Source: Octopus vulgaris (taxonomy: Eukaryota). Taken from it: 64,000 nucleotides of DNA. Below are positions 35,721-52,372 of this stretch, piece after piece. The stretch lies in assembly GCA_951406725.2 (NCBI GenBank), contig OX597814.1, forward strand, positions 136,772,001-136,836,000, written 5' to 3'. The notes below the pieces were generated by a model that saw nothing but the letters and a program-made list of their open reading frames with translations, did no database searches and was not told the origin of the DNA. Numbering within the stretch: position 1 is the first letter of the stretch; every line of letters begins with the position of its first letter. Position numbers and translations under genes: made by a program.

Positions 35721-36587
35721 CAGGGTGTCCCAAAAGTCACTGATGGGTGCCAACTTTTAGTAACTTCCTTAACCTTACAAATAAATTCTTGATATTTTGA
35801 TACAACATAAAGGACATAATGGAAATTAATATACATAAGTCAAATTTTGCACCACCACTACATCACATATGAAAAATGATATCGCTTAAATTGCAGCCAT
35901 TCTCGCCTTCACACACCCATGCTCTTTCAAAAAACTTGCACCATAATACCCTTGTGAATTTCAGACCCCACTTCTCTGATTTCTCTATTGATGTTCTCCT
36001 TCAGTTGCACCAGGGTCTCCGGCTTGTTACCGTAAACCCTCTCTTTCAGGTATCCCCACAAGAAAAAAATCCAGGCTAGTTAAGTCTGGGGAACATGAAG
36101 GCCAGTTAACAATGACATAGCAGGAGATTATTCTCTCTCCAAAGCACTGCCATAGAAACTGCATTGTTTCTCTTGCGGTATGAGCAGTTGCCCCACCTTA
36201 CTGGAACCATGTGTTAGGTCTACTTTGACTGGCCGGGCGCAAAACGGTCTCAATCATGGATGCCTGAAAGAGGGGGTTTATGTCAACAAACCGGAGATCT
36301 TGGTGTAATTGAAGAACATCAATAGATAAATCAAAGTAGTGGAGTCTGAAACTCGTGAGGGTGTTATGGTGCAAGTTCTGGAAAGCGCATGGATGTGCGA
36401 AGCCGAAAATGACTGACATTTAAGCGATGTTATTTTCCATATGTGATGTAGTGGTGTTGCAAAATTTGACTTGTGCATATTAATTTCCATTATGTCCTTT
36501 ATATTGTATCAAAATTTCATGCATTATTTGCAAAGCTAAGGAGGTTATTAAAAATTGAAATCTATCAGTGACTTTTGGGACAACCTG
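35721..36587. mobile_element. Fold-back derivative of a DD41D (rosa/Visitor) Tc1/mariner transposon
   Basis: TA-flanked CAGG(G/T)TGTCCCAAAAGTCACTGAT termini; inverted arms of about 330 bp; the minus strand encodes WFQ*GGATAHTA...WPSCSPDLTSLDFF/LWGYLKERVY with 41 residues between the second and third catalytic positions. Confidence 0.88.
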
Positions 36588-38629
36588 TATGTATGTATGT
36601 ATGTATGTATGTATGTATGTATGTATGTATGTATGTATGTATGTATGTATGCATGCATGTGTGTATGTGTGTATAGAGAGCGAGAAATGTCGAATTAGGG
36701 GAAAACAAAGTGAGCTGAGGTTTGTGCCCAATTTCGGTTCCCACTTAGTATTATTAATTCATTCCATTCTCACAGTTAAAAGGCTTGGAAAGTGCATGAA
36801 TATCTCAACATTATATTTCCAGGTCTACTAGAAATCTGAGCTCTAATTATTTTCTAAGAATCCATATAGTTGAGTGATGGACATAACTGGAATAGTTATA
36901 GGTCGAACTAAATATTTTAACGTGTTTAATTTCGTCATTCTTGATCACGAATTCAAATCTCATAAACGTCAATAAAATACTGCATCACAGGTTTATCATT
37001 CAATAAGTGACTTCGTCAATGTTCAAACATCACAGAAATCGACTTTACCAGGGTCTGTATGATATATACCTGCCAAATAACTGGATCGATTTAACAGAAT
37101 AAGGAAATACGTAATGTTGAACCAGTGTTAAAAGCCATTATCACAGTACATAAGGGCGGTGAATTGGTTTTTTACCTTTCTGGTTTCACATCTCACTAAA
37201 GTCAACTTTGCCTTTCATTACCGGCTCCTAAGGTCGATAAAATAAGGTACCATTCAATTACTGAGGTCGGTGGTATTGGCTAAACCCCACCTATAAAAAA
37301 TGTTGACTTACTGCCTAAATCCGAAATTAATATTACAATACATAGTCGAGGGAAAGAAAGAGTCGTTAGAACACAAGACAAAATGCTTAACGGTATTTGT
37401 TCCGGTTCTCTCTGACGTGTTTAATTCCCGCTGAAGCCAACTTTGCTTTTCATCCTTTCAGCGTCGATAAAGTAAAGCAGCAATGCAGGCGATAGAGCGG
37501 GGTCATTGTTAGATTGCAGGACGAGATGCAGGACTTTAATTTGATTTTTATTATTTTTATTATTAATTTTGCGTTCTGAGTACTGAGTTCTTGAGTGGTA
37601 CACTTAATCTGTCGTCCCGGTTTAATACCAACATCTGAACTTTTGGTGCTTCTAGCGGAGTTTATTCTGTTGCAGGCATTCGGGCACATTTCGATCTAAC
37701 GGTAACTGGCACTCTTTTTTATACCAATTCTGGAGAGAGACTAAAAACAAAATAAAATGTAAATAAAGAGTCATGAGCGCTGCCCTTCTAATTGTAACTA
37801 AGTTTCTTCAAAAACAGTTGAGTACTTCATTTAAAAATGTCATAAAAGCATTGATATACATCTTTAGGATAACACTCTTAGAATAGTATATATCTCACTT
37901 AACATAGATATTCTGTAGAAAGCCACAACACTCTAGTATCCGTCTTGAGAATGCGTCTCGTATAAACATTTAGCACTAAATAGCACAGGGATGTAATTAG
38001 TAGCAGACAAAAAGTGTCCAGCAGCGGCAGAGAAATTGCTAAATTCGGATTTCTGCGTCTTTGCGCATCATCAGTAGCAAGTATCAACTAACAACCGCAT
38101 AGTTAAACAAATGTTGCTTCTACTGAAATAGAAAAACAGTGATTAACAAATTCCGCCGAGAGCAACTTTATCTTTCATCTTTTCGTAATCGGTAAAAATA
38201 AAGCGCCAGTCAAGAAGAAGAAGAGTAGTGTCGATATAATCGATTACATAACCCAGCATCACACTGTGTGACTTTGTAACAAGGTTAGAAATCATAATAA
38301 TAATTATAATACAGTATAGAGAAAAAGGCGTGGTAGAAGAGCCAGAAGTAGATTCCTGGCAAAGAGACACGACAACGCGGTTTCCATCACCTGTTGGAAC
38401 TATTTTACTTTGCTGACGTCAGTTTGGGAAATGCGTAAACATAAAAGCTTCCCAATTAAGAAAGAGAGAGAAATGGAAGATGGTGTGAGATGCAGCTTCA
38501 GAAACAGTAGAAAATCAACGCTTAAATATCCCTCCATATCAAAAGTAAAAAAAAAAAACACAGGACGTGGGAAGACTTCAAGAGTCTATTTTGGGCTTCT
38601 CGCCCCTTCGAACTCGATGAAATATCAAC

Positions 38630-38660
<31 letters not shown>

Positions 38661-38781
38661 CTCTGCATCAGCTCTGATGAAGCTGATTGTATCTAAAACT
38701 ACAGTCCAATGTGTACAACCGTATATATTTTTATACTGTCTACTTCGAACAAGATTTAAGGAAGATTTGGCTGTCTTTGTG

Positions 38782-39127
<346 letters not shown>

Positions 39128-39131
<4 letters not shown>

Positions 39132-39351
39132 TCTTTTGGTGCCTTATAATTTAACACACTAACCGGTAAAATTTCCACGTATTTCTTTTTTTATTTTTCT
39201 AAAATTTTCGTTGCGTCATGCAACCTTTTCAGTAGTTTTGACTCTATTGAAAAGGTTGCCAGAAGCAACGAAAAGTTTAGAAAAATAAAAAAAGAAATAA
39301 GTGGAAATTTTACCGGTTAGTGTGTTAAATTGTAAGGCACCAAAAGCGAAT
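39128..39351. repeat. Fold-back inverted repeat, 108-bp arms, 8-nt loop, with a hammerhead-like motif at the turn
   Basis: 39128-39235 is the reverse complement of 39244-39351. Confidence 0.92.
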
Positions 39352-39703
39352 GACATTCCCCAAACACAACAGAATATGCTTCAACACACGAATTCACATA
39401 AAGAATCTTGCAAACCAGATCCAAAAATGATATATATATATATCATCCGTAAGTATTAATCCGAAAATAGATAACTTAGAGTGTCTGTGCATATGTGTGT
39501 GTGTGTGTGCATGTCAAGAAAACAGGGATTTAAGAACTCCCTTACCAATGGTAATACTGTCATATACAGTCTTTTGCTTCTCTCTCTCTCTTCTCTCTTT
39601 CTTTCTTTTTTCTCTCACTCTACATACACGCATATATGTATATATATGTATGTATGTATATATGTGTGTGTGTTTGTGTCGTATGTGTGCATATATATAT
39701 ACA

Positions 39704-39737
<34 letters not shown>

Positions 39738-39887
39738 TGTGTGTGTGTGTATATATATAAACATATGCATATACACATATACATATACATATACATATAC
39801 ACATATACATATATATATATATGTATGTATATATAGATATGTATATATACATATTCATGCATATATACGTATACATATATATCTACT

Positions 39888-40249
39888 CTCTTTACCCTTT
39901 TACTTGTTTCAGTCATTTGATAGCAGCCACGCTGGAGCACCGCCTTTAGTCTAGCGAATCGATCCCGGGACTTATTCTTTGGAAGCCTAGTACTTATTCT
40001 ATCGGTCTCTTTTGCCGAACCGCTAGGTGACGGGGACATAAACACACCAGCATCAGTTGTGAAACACAGACACACAAACATACACACACACATAAATATA
40101 CATATATACGACGGGCTTCTTTCAGTTTCCGTCTACCAAATCCACCCAGAAGGCTTTGGCCGGCCTGAGGCTATAATAGAAGACGCTTGTCCAAGGTGGC
40201 ATGCCGGGGGACTGAACCCGGAACCATGTGGTTGGTATGCAAGCTACCT

Positions 40250-40256
<7 letters not shown>
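39888..40256 (-). mobile_element. SINE family A, near full length
   Basis: Reverse complement of 3516-3870. Confidence 0.9.
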
Positions 40257-41436
<1,180 letters not shown>

Positions 41437-41809
41437 CAGATGAGTATATGTTTGTGTGCGCATGTGTTCTGTTTGTGTATGTGTGTGTATGTTATGTACA
41501 GGATGAGGGTGATGATGATGATGAGGTGGAGGAGGAGGAGGAGGAGGTGGTAATGCAAACTAAATGGCGATGGCGATTTTTTTGTTGTTGTTTTTTTTGG
41601 TTTTTCTTTTTCGCCGACTGCATGCAAGCTGTAAATGAGATGCTTCACAGTTTTCAGAAACCTAGCAGTGGCTCGATGACGTCACTAGTTAAGGAGCACT
41701 TTTACTGCAAAGTCGAACGCAGCAGACAGAACAACTTGAAGGTGCTTTACCGCTAGGATAAGCAATTACATTTTTTTTACAACATGCATGCATATATACT
41801 CACACAAAC

Positions 41810-42610
<801 letters not shown>

Positions 42611-43465
42611 GCGCTTGAGTGTGTGTATGTGTGTATGTGTGTGTGCCGGTTTTGAACTAAAATCGGTTGGGGTTTTTTCCTGTTTAATCGATTTATACTA
42701 TTTCATTCATTCGATTATGGCCATGTTGGTACTACAGTGTCAAATGATATCAATGTCAGTGATTCACTTACAGGTGTGTGTGTGTGTATGTATATGAATT
42801 ACGTTGTTGTTTTCGTTAAGGCCTGAAACATCGCTAATTGGACGAAACTATCATCAAAGACACCAATCCATAGTTATACCATCTCTGTTCATTGTTTGTA
42901 CGCTTTTCTCTTAATCAGGAATAATGACTTCCCAGGCTTCTATCATCTAGTGCACTTCGGTTCATATTGAAAATGAAGCGTACAGACTTACATGATGACC
43001 TGGTGTGATTTGAGAGATATTTGTCTTCCAAAACTATCTGATCGAGTGATCACACTGTGGCTTCTTCATTGGCTCATGTTCAAGGTGTTATTGTTGCTGA
43101 TATTGTTGAGCCCCAGAGGAACCGTGATTATACAAAACAAGGATCAATGACATTTCACCTTAATTGTTCCGATCATTAGAGGTATTTATGACCACATCAT
43201 CTAAATGTACGTATACCCCACTTAAAAAAAAATTTAGGGGAAAATTGGTGACTATTTTCAGCATGTCACAGATAGCGAGTCCTTAAGCTCTGATAGAATC
43301 GTCGAAATGCCATCGTGACATGCAACATGTTTTGTACACTTAAAACCGTACGGAATCCGCCTGTGTCCAAGACTGAATCACAATCGATTTCTTCCCGACA
43401 GAGATTGAGAGTAAAAAATAGGAAACAAAAGGAAACAAAAGATAATATATTATAATAATAATAAT

Positions 43466-43548
<83 letters not shown>

Positions 43549-43882
43549 GGGTAAAGACCCCCTTCGGTCATGAATGACCATGGGGATTGCACCTAGAAAG
43601 TTACCCTCCTAGACACAAGTCCGGGCAAGGTTGTTTATGGAAGACCAGCAGTCGCCCATGCATACCAGCCTCCCCTCTCCACGCCACCAGTGTTATCCAA
43701 GGGAAAGACAAAGGTCGATACAGCTTGGCACCAGTGACGTCGCAACTCTTTTCTACAGCTGAGTGAACTGGAGCAACGTGAAATAAAGTGTCTTGCTCAA
43801 GAACACAACACGCAGCCCGGTCCGGGATTCGAGCTCACAACCTCACGATCGTAAGCTCGACGCTCTAACCACTGAGCCATGC

Positions 43883-43883
<1 letters not shown>
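43549..43883 (-). mobile_element. SINE family C, near full length, flanked by (AAT)n
   Basis: Minus head GCATGGCTCAGTGGTTAGAGCG...GAGCTCGAATCCC with A and B boxes. Confidence 0.92.
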
Positions 43884-43958
<75 letters not shown>

Positions 43959-43965
43959 AAGAATT

Positions 43966-44172
43966 TCTACTAAAGGAACAACCCTGAAATTTGGGAAGAA
44001 GGGACAAGTCGACTATATTGAGCCCAGTGCGTAACTGGTACTTAATTTATCGATTCCGAAAGGATGAAAGGCAAAGTCGACCTCGCCGGAATTTGAACTC
44101 GGTACGTAGCGGCAGAGGAAATACCGCTAAGCATTTCGCCCGATGTACTAACGATTCTGCCAGCTCACCGCC

Positions 44173-44173
<1 letters not shown>
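43966..44173 (-). mobile_element. SINE family B
   Basis: Reverse complement of the family B consensus. Confidence 0.88.
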
Positions 44174-44235
<62 letters not shown>

Positions 44236-44237
44236 TA

Positions 44238-44890
44238 AATCATATTATCTCTAGCTGCCCAGTCCTGGCTAAGAAGGAATATATTCACAGACATGACAGA
44301 GTTGGAACCTACATACATTGGAAGCTATGCCAACATTATGGAATAACAACAGAAAAAAGATGGTATAGGCACACACCAGAAAAGGTCACAGAAAACGAGA
44401 AAGCAGCCATACTCTGGGATATGCCGATACACACAGATAGAGAAATTAAGGCCAACAGACCAGATATAGTTGTCAGAGATCATGAAGAAAAAAAAATGCT
44501 TTCTAATTGATGTATCAATACCAGCAGATGACAACGTGTCTCTAAAAGAAATGGAGAAACTCTCAAAATACAAAGACCTGGAAATAGAGGTAACTAGAAT
44601 GTGGAATCTGAAAACAGAAACAATTCCTATCATAGTAGGTGCATTAGGCATGATAAAAAAATATTCAGACAAATACATAACAAAAACACCAGGACTTACA
44701 AACACATATAACATACAGAAAATTGCACTACTAGGCACTGCACACATCCTACGCAGAACACTTTCCATACAATAACCATCAGAGCATCACAACAAATCAC
44801 AGCACATACCCAAGGCACACAGAGCTGCGCTCGGTAGTGAAGTGAAAGCACGCTATAAAAATAAAACTACTGAATAAAAATAATAATAAT
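44238..44890 (+). mobile_element. 5'-truncated R4/Dong-like LINE (RLE domain) in (TAA)n
   Basis: HIISSCPVLAKKEYIHRHD...ILWD...NRPDIVV...LIDVSIP...EKLSKYKDL...IIVGALG; one frameshift in an A run; ends in TAA repeats. Confidence 0.92.
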
Positions 44891-44891
44891 A

Positions 44892-45310
44892 AAGTACCAG
44901 ATAATTGACTTTACAGTCCCAAATGATGAAAAAATTAATATGAGAGGTATAGAAAAAATAGCAAAGTATCAGGACCTAGCTATTCAATTACAGAGACTAT
45001 GGAAAGTGCGGGTAAAATGTGTCCCAGTAGTTATAGGTACATTGGGAACTATCCCTAAATATCTGAACAGATGGATAGAGGAAATAGGCATAAGACCCAG
45101 TTTAGTACAGCTCCAGAAAACAGTGTTAACAGGGACAGTTAGGATACTTAAGAGGGTTCTTGGCATCTAAGGTTACTGGTTGCAAACCAATAGGAAGATT
45201 CTTGGCATCTAAGGCTACTTGTTGTAGCCCGATGTTAGGATTCTTTTCTTTTTCAACAGTCTAATCTGTTGAATGTATATGAAAATAATAAATAAATAAA
45301 TGAATAATTA
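44892..45310 (+). mobile_element. Second, different R4/Dong-like RLE 3' fragment
   Basis: IIDFTVPND...EKIAKYQDL...VPVVIGTLG...LKRVLGI*; short duplication TTCTTGGCATCTAAGG; TAA/TAAA tail. Confidence 0.88.
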
Positions 45311-45867
45311 CAATGATAATGCAAAGGGGTCGAAGCCAGTACTGACTGGTGTTTTATTTGTAGATCAATAGGACAGAAAGACAATATTGACCTCGCTGGG
45401 ATTTGAACTCATTGGAAAGATCCGATGTGCAACTAAGTCTGTCAAATCACCGCCTTAATTCCCTCAACCAGATCAACTAAAAGATCGGGGTCCAGTTATC
45501 AAAATGTTATTAAAAATACGCTAACCTGAAAAATATAGCTAAATTTGTTGAATGTTAATAAGCTTAAACTCTAAACTTTAGCATCATATATATTTCTTTA
45601 CTACCCACAAGGGGCTAAACATAGAGGGGACAGACACACGGATTAAGTCGATTACATCGACCCCAGTGCGAAACTGGTACTTTATTTATCGACCCCGAAA
45701 GGATGAAAGGCAAAGTCTACCGTGACGTCGTGCGATGCTGTGTTATATATATATGCACAAAAATGCACACACAAACACACACACATATATGTATTATGTA
45801 ATGTATGTATGTGTATATATATATATATATATATATACTGAGAGAGGGAGAAAGATAGACAAATGAT

Positions 45868-45965
<98 letters not shown>

Positions 45966-46111
45966 TTAGAAATGGGAGCAGTATTAATACCGAACAGCCA
46001 TCTTTGTATCCTACTCAACGTGGATGAATTATTAGAATGCCGAATACTACGGTATTCACCTTCAGAGATCTCATAGAGATGCTAATATCGTTAGCAGACG
46101 AGAACCGTACA

Positions 46112-46156
46112 GACCACTGAGGAAGCGCAGTACACTGAAATCACGTGATCTAGCAG
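46112..46156 (+). ncRNA. Minimal hammerhead ribozyme motif, canonical core
   Basis: CCA-CTGAGGA-AGCG(CAGTA)CACT-GAAA-TCACGTGA-TC-TAG: 10-nt palindrome ATCACGTGAT, with single mismatches in helices I and II. Confidence 0.72.
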
Positions 46157-46239
46157 TTTCAGCGTCCATTACATACTGTACAATCTGAGGATTATTTAGC
46201 TGCCCTTTCTAAGAAGGTGTACTACCACTTACATACATA

Positions 46240-47331
46240 CAGGGGTTCGACAAAATAATGGAAACATCTTAAAATTTCAAACAAATTTATACTAATATGA
46301 AGTAGGACCGCCTTTGGCAGTAATTACAGCTTGAATTCTACGAGGTATGGACTCGTACAAAGTTTGAATTGTTTCCGAAGGAATGTTTGTCCATTCTTCA
46401 ACTAAAACGGTCTCCAATTCTTGTAGCGATGATGGTGGAGGATATCGACTCCTTACTTGTTTTTCTAAAATGCACCATAAATGTTCAATAATATTGAGAT
46501 CTGGGGTGCCAGATAAGATGTTCAACTTCACTAGAATGTTCCTCGTGCCATTCAGTAGCAACTTTAGCTGTGTGAATTGGTACATTATCATCCTGAAAGA
46601 TTGCGTTTTTCTCCGGAAACAGTTCTGCAACCATAGGATGAATTTGGTCAGATAAAATGCTTAAATAGTCTTGATTAATTCTGACATGAAGGAAAACCAT
46701 TATGCCGGCGGATTTCCAAGATATAGCCCCCACCCCACCCCAATCATCATAGATCCTCCTCCATGTTTCACAGTTGGAAGAAGGCAGTCTGGGTCAAATG
46801 CGTCTTTTGGCTGCCTCCACACGTATACTCGGCCGGTGGAAGGAAATAAGGTAAAGGATGACTTGTCCGAGAAAGTTACATTCTTACACTATTCTAGGGA
46901 CCAATTCTATAGGGGTTTACTCCACTCTAAATGCTTTCTACAGCACCTGGCGAACAGTTTTTGTGGAAACTGGGTTCTCGAGGTGGTCATTAAGCTCTGC
47001 AGAAATTTTGGAAGCTGAACTTTTGTGATCCTTTCTAACAATTCGTAGAATAGTCCGACGGTCCCTATCTGAAAATTTTAGGTTTCTTCCGGAGTTTTGT
47101 TTCGACGAGAAGGTTTTTCCCTCTTTCTCAAAGACTGTCATTACTTTCAAGACATTACTTCTTAATACACCAAATATTTCGGCTGTTTTCGTTACGTTAG
47201 CGCCTGCCATACGAGCACCAACAATTTGACCTCTTTGAAAGTCCGGTAGATCTATCATTTTAATGAATTTTAATTAACTTTTTCTGATGATATCTGAAAA
47301 GAAGCAGCAATTTTAGTAAAACATATTAAGC

Positions 47332-47381
<50 letters not shown>

Positions 47382-47495
47382 TAATAATAATAAATCAAAG
47401 AACACAAAAATAAAAAAGTTTTTGATGGCTTTATAGACATTTCAAAATTATGATGCTAAGATGCTAGATGTTTCCATTATTTTGTCCAACCCCTG
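46240..47495 (-). mobile_element. Full-length Tc1-like transposon (1256 bp)
   Basis: 30-bp TIRs CAGGGGTT(C/G)GACAAAATAATGGAAACATCT with TA on both sides. Confidence 0.96.
46292..47258 (-). pseudogene. Tc1 DDE transposase pseudogene
   Basis: FQRGQIVGAR HTH, FSDKSSF, WGAISW, FQDDNVPIH and PDLNIIEHLW...AKGGPTSY*, with frameshifts. Confidence 0.94.
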
Positions 47496-47844
47496 TACAT
47501 GTGTGTGTATATATATATACATACATAGACATATATATATATTCACACATATATATATATGCATACATATATGTATGTGTGTATGCACACACACGTAAGG
47601 CAACAGATAAACAGTTATGCAAATTCTGTAATTTGTAAGTGTAATCGTTGCAGGTCTATTTCTGTAGAAAATACTCTGCGTGGCATGTTGTTTTCTGTAT
47701 TTAATGTAATGAACATGCCTTACTGGTGGTATTGGTAACCTCAATAAGGGCATCACAAAGTCACACTATTAAAAAGGGACTTCTGAAAACTTTCTTTGGT
47801 ATGAAGCTCTCCATCTACCAGATCCAGAGCAATCGCGTCTGGAT

Positions 47845-48197
<353 letters not shown>

Positions 48198-48403
48198 CCT
48201 TCTACTATAGATACAAGGCCTGAAATTTTAGGGGAGAGGACTAGTCGATTTCATGGACTCTCGTGTTTCACTGGTACTTAATTCATAGAACTCGAAAGGA
48301 TGAAAGGCAAAGTCAACCTCGGCGGAATTTGAACTCAGAACGTAAGAACGGGTGAAAAGCCGCTAAGCATTTTGTACAGCGTGCTAACGATTCTGCCAGT
48401 TCA
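48198..48403 (-). mobile_element. SINE family B
   Basis: Reverse complement of the family B consensus. Confidence 0.88.
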
Positions 48404-48881
48404 CTGCGTAATACATGTAAAATATATATAAACGCGCATACTCGCTGGTATTTGAAACCACTTTCCGCCGTTTATGTGACTAAATAGTGGCCCATATATA
48501 TACACATACATACATGCATACATATATTTATATAATGTGTGTGTGCGTGTGTCTGTGTGCGTGTGTGAAGTGCGTGCGTGAGTATTTTGGTGGATGGAAA
48601 CACGCATTGATGGATGTCCATGACAGGAATACATCCGTCCCCACCACTACCACCACCATTCCCCCCACTGTCACATCAACCGATTTCTACTACCACGTAT
48701 CGAATATTGACATCAGCTTGAATCCTTGCACATGCGCAATTCGTGTCTCACTTGTTTGGATCCAAAATCGATATCCAAATTCGATGCGCGCTGATACAAA
48801 AATGCCGGCGCGATGGCAGTAGTGAAGAAGATGGTGGCGGCAATGATGGTGATGGTTATGTTATTGTTGTTGTTGTTGTTT

Positions 48882-48968
48882 TTGGTGGTGGTGGTGGTGG
48901 TGGTGGTGGTGGTGGTGGTGGTGGTGGTGGTGGTGGTGGTGGTGGTGGTGGTGGTGGTGGTGGTGGTA
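48882..48968. repeat. (GGT)n microsatellite
   Basis: Direct reading; source of the poly-G/V/P/T pseudo-ORFs. Confidence 0.97.
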
Positions 48969-49272
48969 ACGTTGGTAGTTGTATGGATGCATTGTAGGTT
49001 GTGAATGCCGTATCGAAGACACACCCTACATAGTGGTCATTATGTTGATGCATCAACGTAGAGATCTGGGTGTGAATTCCTCAAAGATTTCACATTTTTA
49101 TTCGCTATCGTGAGCAGTATTCATTGTATTATTAGCGCATATCCCTTTGTTTAGAATGTAATCATACGGGCATTCAAACATCCATCCATTCATCTTTCCA
49201 TCCGTACCGACATACACATGTGTATACGTTCATACACACATACATACATACACATATACATGTACATATATA

Positions 49273-50030
49273 TAGGAGTGGCTGTGTGGTAAGTAGATTG
49301 CTTACCAACCACATGATTCCCGATTCATTCCCACTGCTTGGCACTTTGGGCAAGTGTCTTCTACTATAGCCTCGGGGCGACCAAAGTATATGTTTGAAAA
49401 CTGATGCTGGTGTGTTTACGTCCCCGTAAATTAAGGTTCGGCAAAAAGAGACCGATAGAATAAGTACTAGGCTTCCAAAGAATAAGTCCTGGGATCGATT
49501 TGCTTGACTAAATGCGGTGCTTCAGCATGGCCGCAGTCAAATGACTGAAACAAGTAAAAGAGTAAAAGAGAATATATATATATGTAAGTATAGATACACA
49601 TACACATGTATGTATGTATGTATGTACGTATGTATGTATGTATGTATGTATGTATGTATGTATGTATGTATTCATGTATGTATGTGTGTGTATGTATGCA
49701 TGTATGTATGAATAAACATGTTCTTTTATTCTTTTGCTTGTTTCACTCATTGGACAGCGGCCAGCTGAGCACCACGTTAACTCGATTTAGTGGAACAAAT
49801 CGACCCTCTATACTTATTCTTTTAAAGGCTGATACTCTATTCTATCGAACTTGCCTAACCGCTAAGTTTAGTGGCATGTAAACAAAACAGCTCCTGTTTT
49901 CAAGCGATATGGGAGACAAGCGCAAAGACACACACATATACGCGCGCACACATACACACACTCACACGCACGCACACACACATGCGCGCACACATATGTG
50001 GCAGGCTTCCCGATAGTTTCCATCTAAAAA
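49273..50030. mobile_element. Convergent pair of family A SINEs (plus 49273-49572, minus 49722-50030)
   Basis: The tails face each other across (TATG)n. Confidence 0.8.
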
Positions 50031-50568
50031 TTGTATATTCTATTCTATAATTTTAATTAAGTTCTATATTACATAATGTTTCAATCAGCTTTAGTTTATC
50101 CCTTTTATAAGTGAGACACTATACACTGCGAAATATAATATATGGTCAAGTGGTTAACACGTTTGCTTCTCAGCCATGAGATTCCTGTTTCGATCACATT
50201 GCACGTCATCTGAAGCTAGTATCAATTTTTGTAACTTCGAACTGACTATATCTTCTGAATGAAATTCTTTTGATGTAAACTATAAAAACTATACAGAAGT
50301 CAGTCAGATTTCACTTGTATTTCAAAGGTATAGACTTATCATGCACCAACAGATGGTTCGTTCCCTTGTGTGGCTGATGACGTTTATTGATACAGAAACA
50401 CAAATCAACAGCTGTCCTTATGGGCATGTCATTATTCTACTTCAGAATTACGTTAAGGATACACGTGTTTAAAGAATACTCAACCACGTACATGTTATTT
50501 CAATTAGTGCAATTGGCTGAAATGAAACCATCCATCCATCCAGCCTTCCATCTATCCATCCATATGTA

Positions 50569-50634
<66 letters not shown>

Positions 50635-50654
50635 TCTGTGAGTGTGTGTACGTA

Positions 50655-51087
50655 TCTGAAACAGAAATTACGTAAGAGAATTGGCTCAGCATATCCAAAT
50701 AGCCAATGACCTGCTTCAACAGCAAAGAATCATAAAGGTATACTACATACTATACAAGACAAATTCGTGGCGCATTGAAATTATCTCGGCTCCCAAGGAA
50801 TGTAGAAGAATCACAATTGGAGCCAACTCCAAACAAGAAGTAAATATATAGTCAAGAACTAACAATTCTCTACAGCTGAGATACTGGTAAGGAAAACAGA
50901 ATTTCATTGTCTGGACACAAGAGGAGTATCAGGTTTATAGGCGTCATCAGCCATGCAAGCTAATGAACCTCCTATTAGTTGTTGTTGATCTACCATATGG
51001 TACCTATTTAAAACAAGATGGAATGAGAGAGTTGAGTGCCTTAGGCACGGACGAAGACAGTATATATATATATATATATGTCTGTGG

Positions 51088-51168
<81 letters not shown>

Positions 51169-51640
51169 TGCATATATATACATACAAACATACGTACGTA
51201 CGTATTAACATGCATACAACCATACATACATACATACATACATACATACATACATACATACATACATACATACATACATACATACATACATACATACATA
51301 CATACATACATACATACATACATACATACATAGAACCTGTGTGCGGTTGTGGAAATCAGCCGCCCTACGGATGTTAACAACACTAAAGATCAACGAGAAA
51401 GAGAATACCTACGCTGAACTATTGAGAAATCTAGTCACTCAATCCAGGTTACAAGTTCAAGTTTATACCTGTAATTATTGGGGCACCGAGATATGGAACA
51501 CACTGCCTAAATAGCAAGCTTGAGAAATTAGGCTTCTCAAAACCAAAAAGGAGAAAGCTGATTCAAAGACTACAGATTCAAGCCAACACTGGAACTCTAA
51601 AAATCTCTAAAACTTTCCAGAAGTTTAACATTTAAGTATA
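50655..51640 (+). mobile_element. R4/Dong-like 3' fragments split by microsatellites
   Basis: 51335-51630 reads CAVVEISRP...EKENTYAELLRNL...FIPVIIGA...GTLKISKTFQKF, homologous to 10080-10304; 50730 reads GILHTIQDKFVA. Confidence 0.7.
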
Positions 51641-52109
51641 TATGAGCGTGTCTAGATATGCAACTATATGCATGAGAATACATACATAAAACAAAACACA
51701 AATCTTGAAGTAAAACCGAACAAACATACATAGATACATATGAATCAAAAGTTCAGGGCTTGCATATCTCAGCAAAAACCTGGAAATACTGTCTACATTG
51801 TATCTTATTTCTTGTATATCTCTCCCTCGTCACAAAAACTTCTAAAGAAAATGAACTCCACTAATTTCGATTGAAGCACTTTTAACTCGTCTCTGATGAT
51901 GTGATATCATTTATTTCCCTGTAAGACCACCTTTCTATTTATAAAAGTCCTAGGTATATCAAACTGCCTTGGCCTTGTTATCTTGTTTTATTTAACATAT
52001 ACACGCTCACACATGACCTGCCTCAGACTCCTCACTCATGCTATTATTGAACCGGGAGCTTAGCAGCGGTACTTCCGTAGTAGTTACATATCCTTACCTG
52101 CCTTTTGTA

Positions 52110-52162
52110 TCTTCTGGATACCAAAATACATACACGCGCACACACACACACATACACACATG

Positions 52163-52215
<53 letters not shown>

Positions 52216-52372
52216 GACGGGTTTCTTTCAGTTTCCGTCTACCAAATCCACTCACAACGCTTTGTCGGCCCGATGCCATAGAAGACACTTGCCGAAGGTG
52301 CCATACAGTGGAATTAAACCCGGAACCATATGGCTGTGAAGCAAGCGTCTTACCACACAGCGCCGCCTGCAC
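52110..52372 (-). mobile_element. SINE family A, 5' half
   Basis: Reverse complement of the family A head. Confidence 0.85.

Noticed and set aside
47284-47305. CTGATGATATCTGAAA in the Tc1 5' region
   Set aside because: No helix I or III and no UH site.
51894-51925. CTGATGA near a PLE-like tail word
   Set aside because: No downstream GAAA or helix III.
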